Of a DNA stretch of 64,000 nt, positions 58,033-64,000 are shown one piece after another. The DNA is taken from NCBI RefSeq assembly GCF_964204645.1, contig NC_134031.1:13441807-13505806 (forward strand), read 5' to 3'. Every line of letters starts with the position of its first letter. Within the stretch, counting starts at the first letter, position 1. A model generated the notes under the pieces. It was not told the origin of the DNA, did no database searches, and saw nothing but the letters and a program-made list of their open reading frames with translations. The stretch is from Tubulanus polymorphus. Its lineage: Eukaryota; Animalia; Nemertea. Both the position numbers and the translations under genes were made by a program.

Positions 58033-59484
58033 TTATCTGAAAAAAGTCTGCACAATGTGATTCCTCACAGCATTGCCAATATCTCGTCCTTCATACGGCT
58101 CCAACCAAATCGGAATTTGTTGTTGTGGTTCATATTCCACGTCGGGTTCTCCAAATTCTATGGCTAGATTATGCAACACAAAGCACGCCGCAATTACATG
58201 ACAACAACATGCTGGTTTCAATTGCAGTTCACCATGAAGAACCTGAAAATAATGTATAGCAAAATTAGTATGCTATTTCTCTATAGTTGATTTGATTGTC
58301 TGATAGAGTCTCATTCAGTTAATCAACTGCAATTAATTGTTTATCCCCTTGAAGTATGTATCCGTGTTCTTCAAGAAAATAGAAAATTGCGATTTAATCG
58401 ATGCATCGTAAAAACCTAAAACAAATGTAGTTCTTGAAAAGTGGAAGTTGAATTCTAGTCATAGTTGCTTCCCAGCAATTGGGTAATTTGATAATTACCA
58501 AAAAACGTTTTTTCAATTTTCCAAAAGCCATTTCAACTTGTACTCTTGATGATGTATGCGCTCGGTTGTAACGCTCCTGTCCTAGATTACTTGGCCGCAA
58601 ATATGGTGTCATTAGGTAAGATGAGCAACCATAGCCACTATCACCAATAATCAATCCGTCTTCAAGGGTTCTGTAATTATCTTCTAAATATCTAAAATGC
58701 AATTTTCAGACAATATAAATGAATTAGTTAAGACAATATAAATTTAAACAAGGTACCAATTTTTTACCTCTTCAGTGCCGAGTTGCGGAAAATATGTGAG
58801 TCATGACAGGAGCCTGGCCACTTCGCTACAACATTGATAAATTTACCTATTTAAAAGAAAGTTGATTTACTGATAAACTCGATACTGACAGAATAAACCA
58901 ACAAACAAGAAGCAAAACATACCTGTATGGTCACATACTGCCTGGGTATTTATTGAATGAAATCCTTTTTTGTTGACATATGCATTTTCATTCTCTTGTG
59001 GGCCCTTGATACGAATCTGCGTACAATCAATTGCACCAATACAATTAGGAAAACCTCCAAAATCGTAGAAACCTTGGCGTATTCGATTTTTATCCTGATC
59101 TGTGGTCGGCCAGACTATATATTCGTTACTTTTTCTGGCAAGCGCCTCTGATACTCTATGTACACATTTCGAAACAGTTGATTTAACAAGACCGAATGTA
59201 TCACCCAGTGCTTCCAAATAACAACCCGTTGCGTAATATCGGAGAGCAACCTTCACTTGTAACTCAGCAGAAAGTGCTTTGGAACGTTGTGTATCATACG
59301 TTATATCTTCTCGAATTAAATCTGTTATTCGTGTGATATTTTCCGAACTAAATCTATATTTCTGTCTCACTTCATTTTCTGAATAATCATTAATTGCAAA
59401 TTTAACTGTTTCGTGATATCGATAGCGGCGTGGGTGTCTATAAATTCGTTCTTGATAGATATCATCATAAAAAATGGCAGCCAT
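58033..59484 (-). CDS. Harbinger DDE transposase (HARBI1-like), 4 exons, 347 aa, apparently intact
   Basis: Exons 59484-58923, 58846-58768, 58691-58499 and 58242-58033 total 1044 nt of open frame. Motifs GAIDCT, WPGSCHD, GDSGY, YNRAH..R..VEMAFGKLKKRF, LHN. Confidence 0.9.
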
Positions 59485-59690
59485 TTTGATAATTTATCCT
59501 GGTGATAGTGTTGCTATCACCACGTTGGAGGTGTGTTAACTTTATCACTGGGATAGCTGATTTTCTCCCGGTGATAAAGTTAACACAGGTTTGAAAAACA
59601 CACTATCCCAGTGATAAAAATATTTAACACCGGGTCAGCGATTTATCACCAGGATAGGGCTTATCACCGCTTTGAAAAACGCAGCCCTGA

Positions 59691-60296
59691 TTTTTAGCCC
59701 ACTTGGGACTTTAGTCCCAGCGGGCTATTGCGTTCACTTTTCGTCCATAGATGGAATCCAGTTATTTTAGGAAGTGTATAAGAGGCTTCAATGTAAGGTC
59801 TTGACATTTGGGTTACACATGTATCTACCCTGGACACATCTTCAGCCCAAAAACTGGCCCTGTCAGAATCAAGATGGCCAACTGACAGTCATTGTTTTTT
59901 GCCAAAATCAGCACTTTTTACACATTTTTGAACTTTTCGAGGGAAATGTTGAAGACACTCTGATCAATTACCTTGATCTTTTGGATATATTTAAATCCTC
60001 CAAGGGCCCATCAGCCTAAGAAATTTTGGGTCCATCGGACTCAAGATGGCTGTCCTATGACCTATTTTATGCCAAAAAATGTCAATTTTGGCCCGAATTC
60101 CGAGTCCTGTAGCTTCCTACTTGTATGTCATTTCTCATTGCAATTTGTGATGGGTATTGTTTGAAAAGGGATCTTTTATATCTGACACAGGTATTTTTGA
60201 TCTGCCAATTATGACGCAATTGGCGGCCATCTTAGTGTCATCAGTACTCATTCGTGGGTGGAAAAAAGTATTGGGTCTTGCATATGGTCACAAAGG
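59691..60296 (+). mobile_element. Helentron/DINE-1-like family A copy 4, cut by the hAT insertion
   Basis: Family A 5' end TTTTTAGCCCACTTGGGACTTTAGTCCCAGCGGGCTA and homologous body. Confidence 0.7.
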
Positions 60297-60431
60297 CAGA
60301 GCTGCCAACCTTCTTGCATTTTGCGGGACAGTCACAGAATTTCATAGTTTGTCCTGCTGTCCCGGGAAGCATTAAAATGTCACAGATTTTCAAACAATTA
60401 GTTTTTGTCACGGAAAACGTCTCGGTTTTTG

Positions 60432-61562
60432 TTTTACCTTTGTCAGCGATATGAAGTTGGCATTGAGCCAATTTCATGTAAAATCGCGGTACGTTTTTTT
60501 ATGTGAGCATTTGTTTCATTGGTTCTTGGGTTAAACGACGTATAAGTGATGCGCTTGAAGACATGACGAACCTCCGTCGATGTACGTGGTCAACTTTGTT
60601 AAAATTCTACGATTAACTGTTTTTGGCGGGAAAATTCTTAGCTCTCTCGTATAAAATTGCAATGACCTCGATTGGGGGCGTTGTCTCTACGAGCGAATGT
60701 GATTGGCTGTTTTTGGGATATACGGGGAATTCCGGCGCTACTAAAATAATTATGGGAAAGCCATAGAATGGCGAACGTTTCATTGGACTAGGTGCCGTGT
60801 ACGTGCAAATTTCAAATGCTCATTGCTGATGAGAATGTAATTATTATCCGCCATAGGTATCGTTTCATTTTAATACCCGGTGATTGATTTGATTGACACT
60901 GAAGTGCAAGCGAACATTCACTTACACAAGGCCTCCACACGTGCGCGCGGAGTGCTATAGACTGTTGCATACGCAAACACACGCTCGTACAGTATACACT
61001 ACTATAGTGTGTAAACGCTGCTTGCTGGCGCGTCTGACATTTCATCAACAGAAGATGAGCGCTATGTTTTCTGTGTGATATAATTTATAATGAATTGTAA
61101 TTTCTTGTGACCTGAAAATATTAAGCAGCAAACTACAAGTATAGGTCAAGGTCTGAATATTGTAGTAGTAAATTCCAGGATTTAAAACGATCTAATACGC
61201 TGATTTCTTACTGCGCCGGTTTAGATTCCGCGGCCATACATTGGAAGAGGTTTCCAAGACTATATATTCAGCCACCCTCTATTATGTGACATCATATGAA
61301 TTTTATTTGAATATTTTTTCATATTGTGAAAAATATTTCTTTGAAAATATGAAATAGATTCCCCGCGGCGCCTACCTCTACCCTACGAAATTTTGGACAT
61401 GGACCAAACAAATATATATTTTTGGTGTTATTTGACTACGAAAGATGAAATACAATATAGAACTTTGAAGTCACGAATTAAAAAGATTTTTCAAGCAATG
61501 CCCTTACCCCAAACAACCTCTAGCTTTCAAGGTAAACCACACTTTGCCCATGGGCAATTTAT
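60432..61562 (+). mobile_element. Helentron/DINE-1-like family B copy 2, nested in the hAT left arm
   Basis: Homologous end to end with 12340-13440. Confidence 0.7.
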
Positions 61563-61746
61563 TATAACTTAAAATATTTTCAACGGAAAGTTGGCGATTG
61601 TTCACTAGCAGTTGTTTTTGTCACGAATGAATTGTTATATGGCAAGTGAACACTGTGGCGCTAGCAGTCAGTACTCCAGGAATACTGAAATGTGTTAAGT
61701 GAGCACTGTGGCGCTAGCAGTTGGTACTTAATTTTACCAATTCAAA

Positions 61747-64000
61747 ATGGTGACTGGCGGATCCGAGGAATGGGATGAACCTCCAAATAAAAAACGTCAG
61801 CTCTTCGTGTTTAACATTGAATATTCGAAAGAGTTTCCCTCATAAAAAAAATCCAACAAATCAGCACACTATGCATATTGTATGGCTTGCGATGTTCTCT
61901 TATCGATCTCCCATGGCGGAATATAATGACATCAGACGTCATCACTAGATGGAAAAGCACAAGGCAATGGCAATCGTTGGAAATTTCACTAAAATGACAT
62001 CATTTCTTGTTTTTGACGCAGTAGATGATCTTGTTGTAAAAGCTGAAGCCCTCTTCTGTGGCTACTTAGCCGGACATAACATTCCAATCGTAGAAGTGAC
62101 CATTTTGGTAGGTTTTGATTTACACACTTTACACATTTTTCAAGGATTTAGGAACAGAGACAGCTTTAGATAAAATATAGTCACATACGAAAAAGAGGGG
62201 AGTGCTTGTTCTCGTTCTTGTTCTTGTTCTTGTTTGGATACTGTGTCGACCACGATCGCGTGTGTGCTGACATCCATACCTGGCGTTTGAGATTTATTTT
62301 CATCGATGTTAAAAATTGGATTTTTGCTACGTAGGCGTATGGTAAGCCAAAAATAATTTTTTGTTTCTTAAGTGTGCCAGGCCTCCAATCCAATGCAAAT
62401 AAAAGCTTAAATGGATCTCGGCTGTTTCTACCTTTTTATGTATTCTTCCAGATTTATATCTTTCAGGAGAACTAATGCGCACGATGTTGCCACTAGACAA
62501 TCCAACGTTGCTGCCACAAGTAATCAAGAAATTTTCTTGTGGAAGGACCAAGGCAACGTATATTCTCAGAGAACTGGCGCAACATACGCAGGCATCTTTA
62601 GTAGAGCAGATGATACAGGGACCTTTTTCACTGTCAACTGATGGCGGTCACGAAAGAGAACAAAAAGAAAAACTGTATCTGATTGTTATTACATTTGTTT
62701 CTAATGAAAATTGTGTTAAAACTGTGAACTGTTAGCTATGATAGACTGCGAAAGGCATTCAAATGGTGAGAATATCACCAAAATGATCTTAGGAGCACTT
62801 GACACAAAGGGTATATCAATGAATAACTGCATGGCCCTATGTACTGATAATGCGAATGTGATGGTTGGTTGCAGGAAGGGGGTGTATGGCAGACTGCTAA
62901 AAGTACAACCCAAGTTGTACCTTGCTGGGTGTGTCTGTCATTTACTTCACCTGTCAGCTGAGTGGGGTGGCAAACAACTACCAGTGGATGTATCCGGCTT
63001 TTTCAATGATATATATTATTATATGGAGAAGAGTGCTGATAGATTGCGAGATTTTGAAGAAGATGAGATTTCACATGATCTCCCTTTATATAAGGTGCCA
63101 AAGCATGTGGCCGTTAGGTGGCTATCCCTAGAGCAAGCAAACTGCTATATTCGTCCTAGAGCAATGGCATGCGCTTGGAGTGTTCTTCAAAAAAGAAATT
63201 GAGAGTGACAAAAATTTCAATAAGCAGTTAACGGATTCTGAGAAATCCTGTTCCGATAGAAAGAAGAAGGCTTATGACAGTCTAAACTCTAAGTCAATGA
63301 GGTTATATCTAATGTTTCTTGTGTATGTGTTGAAGAGATTCAATGATGTCAACCAGATCTTTCGAAGTGAAAAACCTCTCATTCACGAACAGAGAGCCAT
63401 TCTGTTTCAATTAATGAAAAGTTTGTTGGTTATGTTTGTCAAACCATGTGCCACCAAAGACCATGATCTAGTTGAAGGCAAATTAATGCCGAATTACAAT
63501 ATCAAGAACCATAGTGACATAGTTGTTGGAGATAAAGTCAGGAAATTTATAGCGAAGAAGAAAATTTCTTGTGAGAAACAGAAAAAATTTTTCCAAAATG
63601 TTGTAAAGTATTTGCAAACAGCATGCTCTTACATAATCAAAAAATTTCCATTGAATGACCCATTGCTAAAAAATGCTGAAGTGGCTGATGTGCGTTAACA
63701 ATGTGTTGGCAAATTCTCTGGAATTAGGCATTATATCCAAAGGTTCTACCTGCTGGTTGTGATATTGACACAATTGAGAAAGAGTTCACTCAAGAGTTCA
63801 CTGTATTTAGTTGAAGATTTACCTGAAAAAATTCTCAGTTAGAATAGAGGTGATATTGAGTGGCAAATGATTGGTAATTTGATTGATGATATTACAGGAT
63901 CTCTGAAATATAAAAATCTGTCTAGACTAATGTTAGCCATAATGTGCATACGACACAGCAATGCCACTTCTGAAAGGGTTTTCAGCCTAGTGAGAAAAAA
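61747..64000 (+). pseudogene. hAT transposase (ZBED/ZNF862-like) with an intron at 62108-62466; many stops
   Basis: BED-like YAYCMAC..SISHGG..DIRRH, HNIP..DHF|GE, SCGRTK, SLSTD, TDNANVM.G, CVCHLLHL, RW, C-terminal HSNATSERVFS. Confidence 0.85.

Larger units (their letters stand above)
56185..59686. mobile_element. PIF/Harbinger DNA transposon (3.5 kb), in PKN intron 16
   Basis: TIR G(C/G)CTGCGTTTTTCAAAGC; TSD CTG (56182-56184 and 59687-59689); convergent Myb/SANT and DDE transposase genes. Confidence 0.93.
60297..64000 (+). mobile_element. hAT DNA transposon, degenerate, extends beyond the window
   Basis: hAT-like end CAGAGCTGCCAACC at 60297; downstream transposase remnants. Confidence 0.75.

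Overview
AT-rich animal genomic DNA, probably from an invertebrate, and not prokaryotic. One host gene dominates the window: a protein kinase N (PKN/PRK) on the + strand. It has 16 coding exons (9699-55830, about 805 codons, HR1a-c, C2-like domain and start of the kinase domain), and its splice phases join without a break. The gene continues past the window end. Upstream is a decayed Polinton/Maverick protein-primed DNA polymerase (1-3866, minus strand), split by a solo LTR and followed by a ~410-bp fold-back whose mismatches suggest a strand-specific ssDNA structure. The PKN introns hold a 5'-truncated LINE, two DIRS tyrosine-recombinase retroelements with ITR/ICR ends, and a solo-LTR-like element carrying a 290-bp satellite with an 871-bp higher-order period. 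They also hold a Harbinger with an apparently intact spliced transposase, a degenerate hAT, three Helentron/DINE-1-like non-autonomous families and several MITEs. All calls come from reading the sequence by eye; no database searches were run.
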